64,000 nt of DNA, from sequence record SRR31156797_5074; one strand, given 5' to 3'. Under the pieces are notes generated by a model. The model saw only the letters and a program-made list of their open reading frames with translations. It was not told the origin of the DNA and searched no databases. Of this stretch, positions 19,865 to 32,038 are shown in pieces. The position numbers and the translations under genes were made by a program. Each line of letters starts with the position of its first letter. The stretch's first letter is position 1.

Positions 19865-20635
19865 ATGGAAATTAAAATGAATAATTTACAATTAGAAACG
19901 CTGCTAAATGAGCTTCTTTCTCCTCAACTGATTAAAGACTACTGTCCAAACGGCCTTCAAATCGAAGGCAAAAAAGAAGTTAAGAAAATTATTACCGGTG
20001 TGACGGCTTCTAAAGCACTGATTGAAGAAGCGATTAAGCAAGATGCGGATGCGATTCTGGTTCACCATGGTTACTTTTGGAAAGGCGAAAGTGAGTCGAT
20101 TCGTGGTATGAAAGGTGAGCGCATTCGCCAGTTAGTTAAAAATGACATCAACCTTTTTGCTTACCACTTGCCTTTAGATATTCACCCTGAAATTGGTAAT
20201 AATGCACAACTGGCTAAATTGCTGAGTATTCAGGTTGAAGGTGGCTTAGAAGGTCATCCACAATCAGTGGCCATGTTTGGTTCGTTCGAGCAACCTATAA
20301 CAGGTCAAGAGTTGGAGCAAAAGATCGCTCAAGTGCTCAATCGCCAGCCTTTGCATATTGCACCAGAATATGCGGATAAAGCGATTAAGACAGTGGGTTG
20401 GTGTACAGGTGGTGGTCAGGACTATATTGAGTTGGCAGCGGCGCAAGGTTTGGATGCATTTATTTCTGGAGAGATCTCAGAACGTACCACATATACAGCG
20501 CGTGAACTCAATATTCACTATTTCTCTGCGGGGCATCATGCGACGGAACGATATGGTGTAAAAGCGTTAGGTGAATGGCTGGCATCGCAGCATGGTTTTG
20601 ATGTGACTTTTGTCGACATTGATAACCCAGTTTAA
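19865..20635 (+). CDS. Nif3-like dinuclear metal hexameric protein (YbgI/DUF34)
   Basis: DYCPNGLQ, VHHG, YHLPLD.H, GHHATE; start may be ATG 19877. Confidence 0.93.
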   Translation: MEIKMNNLQLETLLNELLSPQLIKDYCPNGLQIEGKKEVKKIITGVTASKALIEEAIKQDADAILVHHGYFWKGESESIRGMKGERIRQLVKNDINLFAYHLPLDIHPEIGNNAQLAKLLSIQVEGGLEGHPQSVAMFGSFEQPITGQELEQKIAQVLNRQPLHIAPEYADKAIKTVGWCTGGGQDYIELAAAQGLDAFISGEISERTTYTARELNIHYFSAGHHATERYGVKALGEWLASQHGFDVTFVDIDNPV

Positions 20636-20658
20636 AATGACTAGAAATATCAGAAATG

Positions 20659-20690
20659 AAAAGAGCGAGATATAATCTCGCTCTTTTTTT
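20659..20690. terminator. Bidirectional terminator between the Nif3 gene and gltA
   Basis: AAAAGAGCGAGA-TATAA-TCTCGCTCTTTTTTT. Confidence 0.85.
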
Positions 20691-20710
20691 AACTTGCTAT
20701 AAATGCTGAA

Positions 20711-22000
20711 TTATTCGCGCTCGTGTAGAGGCTCGAAATCACGCATTTTCAGACCAGTGTACAGCTGACGAGGGCGACCGATACGGTTCCCTGGATCACT
20801 GTGCATTTCGTTCCAGTGTGCAATCCAACCGATAGTACGAGACATCGCGAAGATTACAGTGAACATTGATACTGGGATACCAATCGCTTTAAGAATGATA
20901 CCTGAGTAGAAGTCTACGTTCGGGTAAAGCTTCTTCTCAATGAAATATTCGTCAGATAGGGCAATACGCTCAAGTTCCATAGCAACGTCCAGCAGTGGGT
21001 CGTTGATATTAAGTTCTTTAAGAACATCATGACATGCTTCACGCATAACCGTAGCACGTGGGTCATAGTTCTTGTAAACGCGGTGACCGAAACCCATTAG
21101 GCGGAATGGGTCATCTTTATCTTTTGCACGTTCAACGTACTCAGGGATATTTTCTACAGAACCAATCTCTTCAAGCATACGTAGACATGCTTCGTTTGCA
21201 CCACCGTGAGCCGGACCCCATAGAGACGCGATACCTGCTGCAATACATGCAAACGGGTTAGCACCAGAAGAACCAGCAAGACGAACCGTTGATGTTGAAG
21301 CGTTTTGTTCGTGGTCAGCATGAAGAGTAAAGATTTTGTCCATTGCACGAGCAACAACAGGGTTAACGTCATACTCTTCACATGGTGTTGCGAACATCAT
21401 ATGTAGGAAGTTTTCTGCGTAGCCAAGGTCGTTACGTGGGTAAATGAACGGTTGACCTACAGAATACTTGTAACACATTGCTGCCAGCGTTGGCATTTTA
21501 GATAGTAGACGGTACGCCGCGATTTCACGGTGCTCATCATTATTAATATCTAGAGAATCATGGTAGAAGGCAGCAAGAGCACCGACTACACCACACATTA
21601 CAGCCATTGGGTGAGCGTCACGACGGAAACCGTGGAAGAAACTCGCGATTTGCTCGTGAACCATAGTATGACGAGTGACAATTCGTTTGAACTCTTCGTA
21701 CTTAGCTCGGGTTGGGGCTTCACCGTAAAGAAGAATGTAACATACTTCTAGATAGTCGGCGTTATTGGCTAATTGATCGATAGGAAAACCGCGGTGTAGC
21801 AGCACACCTTTATCGCCATCGATGTAAGTGATTTGAGATTCACAGGATGCAGTGGCAAGAAAACCCGGGTCAAAGGTAAAGTATCCATTTGCTCCGAGTT
21901 TACGAACGTCGATTACTTGTGGGCCGATACTCCCGTCCATAATCGGCAGTTCTATTGGCGCTTTGCCTTCAATATGAAGGGTCGCTTTCTTATCTGCCAT
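20711..22000 (-). CDS. gltA: Type II citrate synthase
   Basis: [44 protein letters not shown]. Confidence 0.99.
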   Translation of the reverse strand: MADKKATLHIEGKAPIELPIMDGSIGPQVIDVRKLGANGYFTFDPGFLATASCESQITYIDGDKGVLLHRGFPIDQLANNADYLEVCYILLYGEAPTRAKYEEFKRIVTRHTMVHEQIASFFHGFRRDAHPMAVMCGVVGALAAFYHDSLDINNDEHREIAAYRLLSKMPTLAAMCYKYSVGQPFIYPRNDLGYAENFLHMMFATPCEEYDVNPVVARAMDKIFTLHADHEQNASTSTVRLAGSSGANPFACIAAGIASLWGPAHGGANEACLRMLEEIGSVENIPEYVERAKDKDDPFRLMGFGHRVYKNYDPRATVMREACHDVLKELNINDPLLDVAMELERIALSDEYFIEKKLYPNVDFYSGIILKAIGIPVSMFTVIFAMSRTIGWIAHWNEMHSDPGNRIGRPRQLYTGLKMRDFEPLHERE

Positions 22001-22321
22001 AACAATCTCCTTTGTTTATTATTTAATCCGTCCAGGATGTTTTGTGTGCCTTTTTTTACGTCTGATCCGCATCAAAGTCAATTTTTCTCACGTGATGTGT
22101 GCACTTTCTTTGATTTTTTATACATATAAAGTTAAAAATCTGTTCTATGTAGCAAAAATTGTTACATCAATTGTATTAGAATGTTGCGAGCCGTATATTG
22201 GCAAAGAAATTTTTGGTCAAATCCTTATAAATTCAAGGCTAGAAACAAATAGAACGAGAAGTTTTTAATCTTGCTGTTAACAACTTTTTTACATTTTACT
22301 CAGGTAATATTGCGTTAATTT

Positions 22322-22336
22322 GTTAAATAAATGTTA
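22322..22336 (+). promoter_or_regulatory. ArcA box upstream of sdhC
   Basis: GTTAAATAAATGTTA versus consensus GTTAATTAAATGTTA; further GTTA repeats nearby. Confidence 0.7.
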
Positions 22337-22395
22337 ACTTTTGTAGGTTTGGTATCCAAAAATGATTCATAACTATAAATGCTCAATGGAGCTGA

Positions 22396-22788
22396 GTGAG
22401 CAAGCCCGTGAAAGAAAGAAAGTCAAGACCTGTTAATTTAGATTTACAGACCATTAGCTTTCCGATCAGTGCAATCGCGTCAATCCTACACCGTGTGTCT
22501 GGGGTTATAACATTTGTAGCGGTCGGTATTTTGCTTTGGTTACTATCCTTATCATTATCATCGCCAAAAGGCTTCATGGAAGCGAGTCATCTCGTTGGCG
22601 GTTTTTTTGCCAAGTTTATTCTGTGGGGCATTTTAACCGCATTGGCCTATCACATCGCGGGTGGTATTCGCCATCTATTGATGGATCTTGGCCACTTCGA
22701 AGAACTTGAATCAGGCGCTATGAGTGCAAAAGTCGCATTCGGAGCAACGGTTGTTCTATCACTCTTGGCGGGGGTTTTAGTATGGTAA
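22396..22788 (+). CDS. sdhC: Succinate dehydrogenase cytochrome b556 subunit
   Basis: [28 protein letters not shown] start. Confidence 0.97.
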   Translation: MSKPVKERKSRPVNLDLQTISFPISAIASILHRVSGVITFVAVGILLWLLSLSLSSPKGFMEASHLVGGFFAKFILWGILTALAYHIAGGIRHLLMDLGHFEELESGAMSAKVAFGATVVLSLLAGVLVW

Positions 22789-23126
22789 AGAACGTTTCTT
22801 CATTCGGTCGTAATGGGGTTCATGATTTCTTACTGATTCGCGCTACCGCGATCATCATGACTCTTTACACCATCTATCTGGTGAGCTTTTGTGCTTTCAC
22901 AGATATTTCCTATGTCTCGTGGACAAGCTTCTTCGGAGGCACGTTTACAAAAGTCTTCACAATGTTGGCGTTAGTGTCAGTTCTTATCCATGGCTGGATT
23001 GGCCTGTGGCAAGTTCTGACTGATTACGTGAAGTGTTCCAAGCTTCGTGGCGGGCTTCAATTAGTCGTCGTTGCAATTCTATTTGGATACTTCTTCTCTG
23101 GCCTGTTTGTATTGTGGGGTGCGTAA
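22782..23126 (+). CDS. sdhD: Succinate dehydrogenase membrane anchor
   Basis: [21 protein letters not shown]. Confidence 0.97.
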   Translation: MVKNVSSFGRNGVHDFLLIRATAIIMTLYTIYLVSFCAFTDISYVSWTSFFGGTFTKVFTMLALVSVLIHGWIGLWQVLTDYVKCSKLRGGLQLVVVAILFGYFFSGLFVLWGA

Positions 23127-24893
23127 GTGACTATTCCTGTTCGTGAGTTTGATGCCGTAGTAATCGGCGCTGGTGGTGCTGGCATGCGTGCAGCGCTACA
23201 AATTTCAGAGCAAGGCCTATCTTGTGCTTTGCTATCTAAAGTATTCCCAACTCGTTCTCATACTGTTTCAGCACAAGGTGGTATTACCGTTGCTCTTGGT
23301 AACTCTCACAAAGATAACTGGCAGTGGCATATGTACGATACGGTTAAAGGTTCTGATTACATCGGTGACCAAAACGCTATCGAGTATATGTGTAAGAGCG
23401 GCCCTGAGTCGGTAATCGAATTAGAGCGTATGGGATTACCATTCTCTCGTTTCGAAAACGGCTCTATCTACCAACGTCCGTTTGGTGGTCAATCTAAAGA
23501 GTTTGGTGGTGAGCAGGCAGCGCGTACTGCTGCGGCAGCTGACCGTACTGGTCACGCCCTACTGCATACGCTTTATCAGCAAAACATCAAACATAAAACA
23601 ACCATTTTCTCTGAGTGGTATGCACTAGACCTAGTAAAAAACCAAGACGGTGCGATTCTAGGTTGTACTGCTTTATGCATGGAAACGGGTGAGATTTGTT
23701 ACTTCAAATCTAAAGCAACTATTCTGGCAACTGGTGGTGCTGGCCGTATTTACGCTTCTACGACTAACGCGCACATCAACACGGGTGATGGCGTGGGTAT
23801 GGCACTGCGTGCTGGCGTACCAATGCAAGACATGGAAATGTGGCAGTTCCACCCAACGGGTATCGCTGGTGCAGGTGTTCTTGTAACAGAAGGTTGTCGC
23901 GGTGAAGGTGGTTACCTTCTTAATAAAGACGGCGAACGTTTCATGGAACGTTACGCACCTAACGCGAAAGATCTTGCTGGTCGTGACGTTGTTGCTCGTT
24001 CAATGATGATTGAAATTCGTGAAGGTCGTGGCTGTGACGGTCCATGGGGCCCACACATTAAGCTGAAAATGGATCACTTAGGTAAAGATGTGCTTGAGTC
24101 TCGTCTGCCTGGTATCTGTGAACTTTCTCGTACGTTCGCACACGTTGACCCAGTTAAAGAGCCAATTCCTGTAATCCCAACTTGTCACTACATGATGGGC
24201 GGTGTTCCGACTCAGGTTTCTGGTCAGGCTCTTAAACAAGATGCTTCTGGTAAAGACCACGAAGTACAAGGTCTGTTTGCTTGTGGTGAGATTGCGTCTG
24301 TATCTGTACACGGTGCAAACCGTCTGGGTGGTAACTCACTACTTGACCTTGTGGTATTTGGTCGCGCAACGGGTCTTCACCTTGGTGAAACATTGGCAGC
24401 TCAAGCCGAAGCTCGTCCAGCAACGGAATCAGATATAGAAGCTTCTCTTGCTCGTACTATGCGCTGGGAGAACAGCAAAGGCGGTGAGGACCCATTCCAA
24501 ATTCGTAAAGACCTGCAAAGTTGTATGCAAAACAGCTTCTCGGTTTTCCGTGAAGGTGATGCGATGGCAACCGGTCTAGAAGAGCTTAAAGTGATTCGTG
24601 AACGTCTGAAAGATGCTCACCTATCTGATAAGTCTTCAGAGTTCAACACTCAACGTATTGAGTGTCTAGAGCTTGATAACCTGATGGAAACTGCGTTCTC
24701 AACAGCAGTGGCAGCGAATTACCGTACTGAAAGTCGTGGTGCTCATGCACGTTTCGATTTCCCAGATCGTGATGATGCGAACTGGTTATGCCACTCTATC
24801 TATAACCCTGAGACGGAACAGATGGCTAAGCGTGATGTAAACATGACGCCTGTGCATCGTGAAGCGTTCCCTCCAAAAGCTCGTACATACTAA
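23127..24893 (+). CDS. sdhA: Succinate dehydrogenase flavoprotein
   Basis: [27 protein letters not shown]. Confidence 0.99.
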   Translation: MTIPVREFDAVVIGAGGAGMRAALQISEQGLSCALLSKVFPTRSHTVSAQGGITVALGNSHKDNWQWHMYDTVKGSDYIGDQNAIEYMCKSGPESVIELERMGLPFSRFENGSIYQRPFGGQSKEFGGEQAARTAAAADRTGHALLHTLYQQNIKHKTTIFSEWYALDLVKNQDGAILGCTALCMETGEICYFKSKATILATGGAGRIYASTTNAHINTGDGVGMALRAGVPMQDMEMWQFHPTGIAGAGVLVTEGCRGEGGYLLNKDGERFMERYAPNAKDLAGRDVVARSMMIEIREGRGCDGPWGPHIKLKMDHLGKDVLESRLPGICELSRTFAHVDPVKEPIPVIPTCHYMMGGVPTQVSGQALKQDASGKDHEVQGLFACGEIASVSVHGANRLGGNSLLDLVVFGRATGLHLGETLAAQAEARPATESDIEASLARTMRWENSKGGEDPFQIRKDLQSCMQNSFSVFREGDAMATGLEELKVIRERLKDAHLSDKSSEFNTQRIECLELDNLMETAFSTAVAANYRTESRGAHARFDFPDRDDANWLCHSIYNPETEQMAKRDVNMTPVHREAFPPKARTY

Positions 24894-24907
24894 GGGAGGA
24901 TTGAATT

Positions 24908-25618
24908 ATGAAACTTAACTTCTCTTTGTATCGTTACAATCCGGATGTTGATCAAAAGCCATATATGAAAGACTATGTGCTTGAAGTTGACGAAGGCTCA
25001 GATATGATGGTTCTTGACGCATTAATTTTGCTGAAAGAACAAGATCCTACTATCTCTTTCCGCCGTTCATGTCGTGAAGGTGTATGTGGATCTGACGGTA
25101 TAAATATGAATGGTAAAAATGGTCTGGCATGTATCACGCCATTATCGGCTCTGAAAGGCGATAAACTGGTGATTCGTCCACTGCCTGGTTTGCCCGTTGT
25201 TCGTGACCTGATTGTTGACATGACTCAGTTCTATGACAACTACGCGAAAGTAAAACCATTCCTTATCTCAGAAGGTGAAGTACCACCTTCAAGAGAAAAC
25301 TTACAGTCTCCTGAAGAGCGAGAGCATCTAGACGGTCTGTACGAATGTATAATGTGTGCATGCTGTACAACCTCGTGTCCTTCGTTCTGGTGGAATCCTG
25401 ATAAGTTTATTGGTCCTGCAGGTCTGTTAGCCGCTTACCGTTGGTTAATTGATAGCCGTGACACAGCAACAGATGAGCGTTTATCGAATCTTGACGATGC
25501 ATTTAGCGTTTTTCGTTGCCATGGCATCATGAACTGTGTAAGTGTTTGTCCTAAGGGATTAAACCCGACGAAAGCAATCGGTCATATTAAATCTATGCTG
25601 ATTAATCGTTCTGTTTAA
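24908..25618 (+). CDS. sdhB: Succinate dehydrogenase Fe-S subunit
   Basis: SCREGVCGSD, CIMCACCTTSCP, CHGIMNCVSVCP. Confidence 0.99.
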   Translation: MKLNFSLYRYNPDVDQKPYMKDYVLEVDEGSDMMVLDALILLKEQDPTISFRRSCREGVCGSDGINMNGKNGLACITPLSALKGDKLVIRPLPGLPVVRDLIVDMTQFYDNYAKVKPFLISEGEVPPSRENLQSPEEREHLDGLYECIMCACCTTSCPSFWWNPDKFIGPAGLLAAYRWLIDSRDTATDERLSNLDDAFSVFRCHGIMNCVSVCPKGLNPTKAIGHIKSMLINRSV

Positions 25619-25632
25619 AAAGACACAAAATT

Positions 25633-25650
25633 GCAGGCCTTCGGGCCTGC
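25633..25650 (+). promoter_or_regulatory. C(UUCG)G tetraloop hairpin between sdhB and sucA
   Basis: GCAGGCC-TTCG-GGCCTGC. Confidence 0.6.
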
Positions 25651-25707
25651 CTTTGTAGCTCGGCATAGACCGAAGCAATACGTGAAACTACTGGTTAAGG
25701 GAATATA

Positions 25708-28518
25708 ATGCACAACGGCGTGATGAAGGCATGGCTCGAGTCTTCACACTTGGCTGGCGCCAATGCAACTTATGTAGAAGATATCTACGAACTGTATCTA
25801 AGTGATCCCGATCTGGTAAGTGAGGAGTGGAAACGTGTTTTTGAAGGTTTGCCTACGCAGCCTGATGATGTGGTTGAACAGCCGCATTCGCGTGTCCGTG
25901 ACTACTTCCGACGACTCGCTCAAGAGACTAAGCATTACAATGTCCAAGTTAGTGACCCCGAAGTCGATGCAAAACAAGTAAAAGTACTGCAGTTAATCAA
26001 TGCTTACCGCTTCCGCGGTCATGAAGCTGCGCAACTAGACCCTCTGAATTTGTGGAAACGCCCAACTGTGGCGGAATTGGATCCTGCATTCCACTCTTTA
26101 ACTGATGATGATATGGAAGAAACCTTTAACGTAGGTTCTTTTGCTATCGGCAAAGAAACTATGCAGTTAAAGGACATCTACAAATCTCTGAACCAGACTT
26201 ACTGTGGTTCTATCGGTGCAGAATACATGCACATGACAGATACTGAACAGAAACGTTGGATTCAACAACGAATCGAATCAGTTGTCGGTCAGCCATCTTT
26301 TTCTTTAGAAGAGAAACAAACTTTCCTTGATGAATTAACCGCAGCGGAAGGCCTTGAGCGCTACTTAGGCGCAAAATTCCCAGGCGCGAAACGATTCTCT
26401 CTGGAAGGTGGTGATGCTTTAATCCCAATGATGAAAGAACTGATTCGTCATGCGGGTAACAGCGATATGCGTGAAGTCGTTATTGGTATGGCTCACCGTG
26501 GTCGCTTAAACATGCTTGTTAACGTTTTGGGTAAAAAGCCTCAAGACTTGTTTGACGAGTTTGCGGGCAAACATGATGAAACGTGGGGTACTGGTGACGT
26601 TAAATATCACCAAGGTTTCTCTGCCGACTTCTCAACACCGAAAGGTGATGTTCACTTAGCGCTTGCATTTAACCCTTCTCACCTTGAAATCGTTAACCCA
26701 GTAGTGATGGGCTCCGTACGCGCTCGTCAGGATCGTCTCGGCGATAAGAACGGCAGTAAAGTACTACCAATTACTATTCATGGTGACTCAGCAATCGCGG
26801 GTCAGGGTGTAGTTGCAGAAACATTTAACATGTCAGACGCTCGTGGTTACCGAGTCGGTGGTACGGTTCGTATTGTTGTTAACAACCAGGTCGGTTTTAC
26901 AACTTCGAATCCACGCGACACTCGTTCAACTATGTACTGTACTGACATCGCGAAAATGGTTCAGGCACCGATTTTCCACGTTAACTCTGACGACCCAGAA
27001 GCCGTTGCGTTTGTAACGCGTATTGCACTGGATTACCGTAACGAGTTTAAACGTGATGTTGTGATTGACTTGGTTTGTTACCGCCGCCATGGCCATAACG
27101 AAGCCGATGAGCCAAATGCAACTCAGCCGTTGATGTACCAAAAAATTAAGAAGCACCCAACGCCTCGTAAACTTTATGCTGATGTTCTGATTGAGCGTGG
27201 CGAAAGTGATATCGAAACGGCGACTGCATTAGTGAATGAATATCGCGATGCATTAGACCGTGGTGAAGTTGTGGTGAAAGAGTGGCGCCCAATGGCGATG
27301 CACTCTGTAGACTGGTCTCCGTATCTAGGACATGACTGGAACGTGGATTGGGATAGCAAGATTGATCTTGAGCGTTTGAAAGATCTGGCTAACCGTACTT
27401 GTTCACATCCAGAAAGCCATAAGTTGCAAAGCCGTGTAGAGAAAATCTATAACGATCGTAAAGCAATGATCAGTGGCGAAAAAATGCTGGATTGGGGTAT
27501 GGCAGAAACGTTGGCGTACGCAACATTGGTTGACATCGGTAAACGTATTCGTATCTCCGGTCAGGATTCTGGTCGTGGTACCTTCTTCCACCGCCATTCT
27601 GTATTGCATAACCAAACGGATGCGAGTACTTATATTCCTCTGGCAAACATTCATGATAATCAAGGCCCATTCCAGGTGCTTGACTCTGTATTGTCAGAAG
27701 AAGCAGTTTTGGCGTTTGAATACGGTTATGCAACAGCTGAACCAGGTGGTTTAACTCTCTGGGAAGCGCAGTTTGGTGACTTTGCTAATGGCGCTCAGGT
27801 TGTTATTGACCAATTCATCTCTTCTGGTGAACAGAAGTGGGCTCGTCTATGTGGTTTGACTATGTTGTTGCCTCACGGCTACGAAGGTCAAGGCCCAGAG
27901 CACTCTTCAGCTCGTCTAGAGCGCTATCTGCAGTTATGTGCAGAGCAGAACATGCAAGTTATCGTACCGTCTACGCCAGCACAGGTTTACCACATGCTGC
28001 GTCGTCAGGTAGTGCGTAAGATGCGTCGTCCACTGATTGTTATGTCACCGAAATCTTTGCTTCGTCACCCACTGTGTGTGTCTAGCATGGAAGACTTGGC
28101 TGAAGGTACATTCTTACCTGCAATTGGTGAAGTCGATGACTTGAAAGCTGCAAATGTGAAACGTGTTGTTTTCTGTTCAGGTAAGGTTTACTACGACTTG
28201 CTAGAACAGCGTCGTAACAATGAACAAGATGATGTCGCTATTGTGCGTATCGAACAGCTTTACCCATTCCCTCTGGAAGAAGTTCAAGCTGCGATTTCAC
28301 AATACACCAACGTTGTTGATTATGTTTGGTGTCAAGAAGAGCCTCAAAACCAAGGCGCTTGGTACAGCAGTCAACATAATTTCCGTGCAGCTATTCCAGC
28401 TGGCGCCGATTTGAAATATGCGGGCCGTCCTGCTTCTGCATCACCTGCAGTAGGTTACATGTCGGTACACTTAAAACAGCAGAAAGCGTTAGTTGAAGAC
28501 GCTCTGACACTAGCTTAA
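25708..28518 (+). CDS. sucA: 2-oxoglutarate dehydrogenase E1
   Basis: GMAHRGRLN, GDVKYH, HGDSA, WEAQFGDF, PHGYEGQGPEHSSAR. Confidence 0.99.
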   Translation: MHNGVMKAWLESSHLAGANATYVEDIYELYLSDPDLVSEEWKRVFEGLPTQPDDVVEQPHSRVRDYFRRLAQETKHYNVQVSDPEVDAKQVKVLQLINAYRFRGHEAAQLDPLNLWKRPTVAELDPAFHSLTDDDMEETFNVGSFAIGKETMQLKDIYKSLNQTYCGSIGAEYMHMTDTEQKRWIQQRIESVVGQPSFSLEEKQTFLDELTAAEGLERYLGAKFPGAKRFSLEGGDALIPMMKELIRHAGNSDMREVVIGMAHRGRLNMLVNVLGKKPQDLFDEFAGKHDETWGTGDVKYHQGFSADFSTPKGDVHLALAFNPSHLEIVNPVVMGSVRARQDRLGDKNGSKVLPITIHGDSAIAGQGVVAETFNMSDARGYRVGGTVRIVVNNQVGFTTSNPRDTRSTMYCTDIAKMVQAPIFHVNSDDPEAVAFVTRIALDYRNEFKRDVVIDLVCYRRHGHNEADEPNATQPLMYQKIKKHPTPRKLYADVLIERGESDIETATALVNEYRDALDRGEVVVKEWRPMAMHSVDWSPYLGHDWNVDWDSKIDLERLKDLANRTCSHPESHKLQSRVEKIYNDRKAMISGEKMLDWGMAETLAYATLVDIGKRIRISGQDSGRGTFFHRHSVLHNQTDASTYIPLANIHDNQGPFQVLDSVLSEEAVLAFEYGYATAEPGGLTLWEAQFGDFANGAQVVIDQFISSGEQKWARLCGLTMLLPHGYEGQGPEHSSARLERYLQLCAEQNMQVIVPSTPAQVYHMLRRQVVRKMRRPLIVMSPKSLLRHPLCVSSMEDLAEGTFLPAIGEVDDLKAANVKRVVFCSGKVYYDLLEQRRNNEQDDVAIVRIEQLYPFPLEEVQAAISQYTNVVDYVWCQEEPQNQGAWYSSQHNFRAAIPAGADLKYAGRPASASPAVGYMSVHLKQQKALVEDALTLA

Positions 28519-28546
28519 GAACTAGAAGTAAAAGGAAGACACAGAT

Positions 28547-29752
28547 ATGACAGTTGAAATTCTGGTTCCAGATTTACCTGAATCAGTAGCGGATGCAACC
28601 GTAGCGACATGGCATAAACAACCAGGTGAAGCGGTTGCTCGTGATGAAGTGATTGTTGAGATTGAAACAGACAAAGTAGTTTTAGAAGTTCCAGCACCAG
28701 AAGACGGCGTGCTAGAAGCGATTCTTGAAGAAGAAGGTGCAACCGTACTTTCTAAGCAGCTTCTTGCCCGTTTGACTCCTGGAGTGGTTGCCGGTGAACC
28801 GACTAAAGACACAACTGAGTCTAGTGCAGCATCTCCAGACAAACGTCACAAAGCGACACTGACTGAAGAAACAAATGATGCACTCAGCCCTGCAGTTCGT
28901 CGTCTACTAGGTGAACACAACCTAGAAGCAAGCGATGTAAAAGGTACGGGTGTTGGTGGTCGTATTACTCGTGAAGATATCGAAGCTCACCTTGCGGCAG
29001 CGAAAGCAGCACCTGCAACAGCTGAAGAAATTGCACCTGCAGCAGTAGCAGCACGCAGTGAAAAACGAGTACCTATGACACGTTTACGTAAGCGCATTGC
29101 AGAGCGTTTGCTTGAAGCGAAGAACAGCACGGCAATGCTAACGACGTTTAACGAAGTGAACATGAAACCAATCATGGACCTTCGTAAGCAGTACCAAGAC
29201 CAGTTCGAGAAAAAGCATGGCATTCGCCTAGGCTTTATGTCGTTCTACGTTAAGGCTGTTACAGAAGCGTTGAAGCGTTACCCTGAAGTCAACGCGTCTT
29301 TGGACGGTGACGATATCGTATATCACAACTTCTTTGATATCAGCATCGCGGTTTCAACCCCACGTGGTCTTGTAACCCCGGTTCTTAAAGACTCAGATAC
29401 TCTGGGCTTTGCTCAGGTTGAGAAAGGTATTAAAGAGCTGGCAATTAAAGGCCGTGATGGCAAATTGACAGTAGATGAACTGGTAGGCGGCAACTTCACT
29501 ATCACGAATGGTGGTGTATTTGGCTCACTAATGTCTACGCCAATCATCAACCCACCACAAGCGGCTATCTTGGGTATGCACAAGATCCAAGACCGTGCGA
29601 TGGTCGTGGATGGTAAGATTGAAATTCTACCAATGATGTACCTAGCTCTATCTTACGACCACCGTTTGATCGATGGCCGTGAATCAGTAGGTTTCCTAGT
29701 GACAGTTAAGGAACTACTGGAAGATCCAACACGTCTACTGCTAGACGTGTAA
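28547..29752 (+). CDS. sucB: Dihydrolipoamide succinyltransferase E2
   Basis: Lipoyl motif [20 protein letters not shown]. Confidence 0.99.
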   Translation: MTVEILVPDLPESVADATVATWHKQPGEAVARDEVIVEIETDKVVLEVPAPEDGVLEAILEEEGATVLSKQLLARLTPGVVAGEPTKDTTESSAASPDKRHKATLTEETNDALSPAVRRLLGEHNLEASDVKGTGVGGRITREDIEAHLAAAKAAPATAEEIAPAAVAARSEKRVPMTRLRKRIAERLLEAKNSTAMLTTFNEVNMKPIMDLRKQYQDQFEKKHGIRLGFMSFYVKAVTEALKRYPEVNASLDGDDIVYHNFFDISIAVSTPRGLVTPVLKDSDTLGFAQVEKGIKELAIKGRDGKLTVDELVGGNFTITNGGVFGSLMSTPIINPPQAAILGMHKIQDRAMVVDGKIEILPMMYLALSYDHRLIDGRESVGFLVTVKELLEDPTRLLLDV

Positions 29753-29937
29753 TGTTAGAAGGGGTTAGTGTTCTAACCCCTTTTGCAACATGGCTGGATA
29801 CGCTCAACATCTAGCCTGGCTTTTGGCCAATTGGCCGCTCGCTCAAGAGTGACCCTACGAACGTAAAGCTCAGTCTCAAGAGGTTTTTAAACCCCATAGA
29901 GCTCTATAGGATAAAAATAAACAAACGGAATAACACA

Positions 29938-31104
29938 ATGAATTTGCATGAATACCAAGCCAAACAGCTGTTTGCAGAATTCGGTTTGCCTGTACCAGAA
30001 GGTTATGCATGTGATACGCCACAAGAAGCTTTTGAAGCTGCTGGCCGTATCAGCACAGCAAAAAAAGTCGTTAAGTGTCAGGTTCACGCTGGTGGCCGCG
30101 GTAAAGCGGGCGGTGTAGAGCTTCACGATACGAAAGAAGGTGTAAAAGAGTTCGCTCAAAAATGGCTAGGTAAAAACCTAGTGACTTACCAAACAGACGC
30201 AAATGGTCAGCCAGTTGCTAAGATTCTGGTAGAAGAAGCATCTAACATCGCGAACGAACTATACCTTGGCGCAGTTGTAGACCGTGCTACTCGTAAGATC
30301 GTTTTCATGGCATCGACTGAAGGTGGTGTGGAAATCGAAAAAGTTGCGGAAGAAACGCCAGAGTTAATTCACAAAGCAGCGATTGACCCTCTAGTAGGCC
30401 CTCAAGCATACCAAGGCCGCGAACTTGCATTCAAACTTGGCCTTGCTGGTGACCAAATCAAACAGTTCGTTAAGATCTTCATGGGTCTTGGCCAAATGTT
30501 CTCTCAATATGATTTAGCCCTGCTTGAAATCAACCCACTTGTGATTACTGGCGAAGGCAACCTGTTATGCCTAGACGGTAAAATCAACATTGACTCAAAC
30601 GCTATGTACCGTCAGCCTAAGCTACGTGAAATGCACGATCCTTCGCAAGAAGATGAGCGCGAAGCACACGCAGCTCAGTGGGAACTGAACTACGTAGCTC
30701 TAGACGGTAACGTTGGCTGTATGGTTAATGGTGCTGGTCTGGCTATGGGTACAATGGATATTGTTAACCTGCACGGTGGTAAACCAGCTAACTTCCTAGA
30801 TGTTGGCGGCGGTGCAACCAAAGAGCGTGTAGCAGAAGCGTTCAAGATCATCTTATCTGATGACAATGTAAAAGCAGTTCTAGTAAACATTTTCGGTGGT
30901 ATCGTACGCTGTGACATGATCGCAGAAGGTATTATCGGTGCGGTTAAAGAAGTTGGCGTAACAGTACCCGTCGTTGTTCGTCTTGAAGGTACCAACGCTG
31001 ACCTAGGTCGCGAAGTTCTGGCTAGTTCCGGTCTTGATATCATTGCTGCTGAGTCATTAACTGACGCAGCTCAGAAAGTTGTTGCTGCTGCGGAGGGCAA
31101 ATAA
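29938..31104 (+). CDS. sucC: Succinyl-CoA synthetase beta subunit
   Basis: [29 protein letters not shown]. Confidence 0.99.
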   Translation: MNLHEYQAKQLFAEFGLPVPEGYACDTPQEAFEAAGRISTAKKVVKCQVHAGGRGKAGGVELHDTKEGVKEFAQKWLGKNLVTYQTDANGQPVAKILVEEASNIANELYLGAVVDRATRKIVFMASTEGGVEIEKVAEETPELIHKAAIDPLVGPQAYQGRELAFKLGLAGDQIKQFVKIFMGLGQMFSQYDLALLEINPLVITGEGNLLCLDGKINIDSNAMYRQPKLREMHDPSQEDEREAHAAQWELNYVALDGNVGCMVNGAGLAMGTMDIVNLHGGKPANFLDVGGGATKERVAEAFKIILSDDNVKAVLVNIFGGIVRCDMIAEGIIGAVKEVGVTVPVVVRLEGTNADLGREVLASSGLDIIAAESLTDAAQKVVAAAEGK

Positions 31105-31976
31105 TGTCTGTACTTATCAATAAAGACACTAAAGTAATCTGCCAAGGTTTTACTGGCGGTCAGGGTACTTTCCACTCTGAGCAAGCGATCGCTTACGGCA
31201 CGCAAATGGTTGGTGGTGTTTCTCCGGGTAAAGGTGGTCAAACTCACCTAGGTCTTCCGGTATTCAACACAGTACGTGAAGCAGTAGAAGCAACTGGCGC
31301 AACAGCAACAGTTATCTACGTACCAGCTCCTTTCTGTAAAGATGCGATTCTAGAAGCAATCGATGCTGGTATTCAGCTAATCGTCACTATCACTGAAGGC
31401 ATCCCGACTATCGATATGATCGATGTGAAAGTGAAGCTTGAAGAAACTGGCGTACGAATGATCGGTCCTAACTGTCCGGGTGTTATCACTCCAGACGAGT
31501 GTAAGATTGGTATCATGCCGGGCCACATTCACAAGAAAGGTAAAGTCGGTATCGTATCTCGTTCTGGTACCCTAACTTACGAAGCCGTTAAGCAAACAAC
31601 GGACGAAGGTTTCGGCCAGTCTACTTGTGTTGGTATCGGTGGTGACCCAATCCCAGGTTCAAACTTTATCGATATTCTGAAGTTGTTCCAAGAAGACCCA
31701 GAAACTGAAGCAATCGTAATGATTGGTGAAATCGGTGGTACTGCGGAAGAAGAAGCGGCTGCGTTTATTAAAGAAAACGTAACTAAGCCGGTTGTTTCTT
31801 ACATTGCGGGTGTTACTGCTCCTCCGGGCAAACGTATGGGCCACGCTGGTGCGATTATCTCTGGTGGTAAAGGTACCGCTGACGAGAAGTTTGCTGCGCT
31901 TGAATCTGCAGGTGTTAAGACGGTTAAGAGCCTAGCGGAAATCGGTAAAGCACTACGTGAAGTGACTGGTTGGTAA
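31104..31976 (+). CDS. sucD: Succinyl-CoA synthetase alpha subunit
   Basis: QGFTG, GPNCPG, RMGHAGA. Confidence 0.99.
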   Translation: MSVLINKDTKVICQGFTGGQGTFHSEQAIAYGTQMVGGVSPGKGGQTHLGLPVFNTVREAVEATGATATVIYVPAPFCKDAILEAIDAGIQLIVTITEGIPTIDMIDVKVKLEETGVRMIGPNCPGVITPDECKIGIMPGHIHKKGKVGIVSRSGTLTYEAVKQTTDEGFGQSTCVGIGGDPIPGSNFIDILKLFQEDPETEAIVMIGEIGGTAEEEAAAFIKENVTKPVVSYIAGVTAPPGKRMGHAGAIISGGKGTADEKFAALESAGVKTVKSLAEIGKALREVTGW

Positions 31977-31996
31977 TACCATTCTTTTCTTATACT

Positions 31997-32025
31997 AAAA
32001 ACCCAAGCCGAGGCTTGGGTTTTTT
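31997..32025. terminator. Bidirectional terminator between sucD and znuB
   Basis: AAAAACCCAAGCC-GA-GGCTTGGGTTTTTT. Confidence 0.9.
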
Positions 32026-32038
32026 ATTGCTCTCTATT

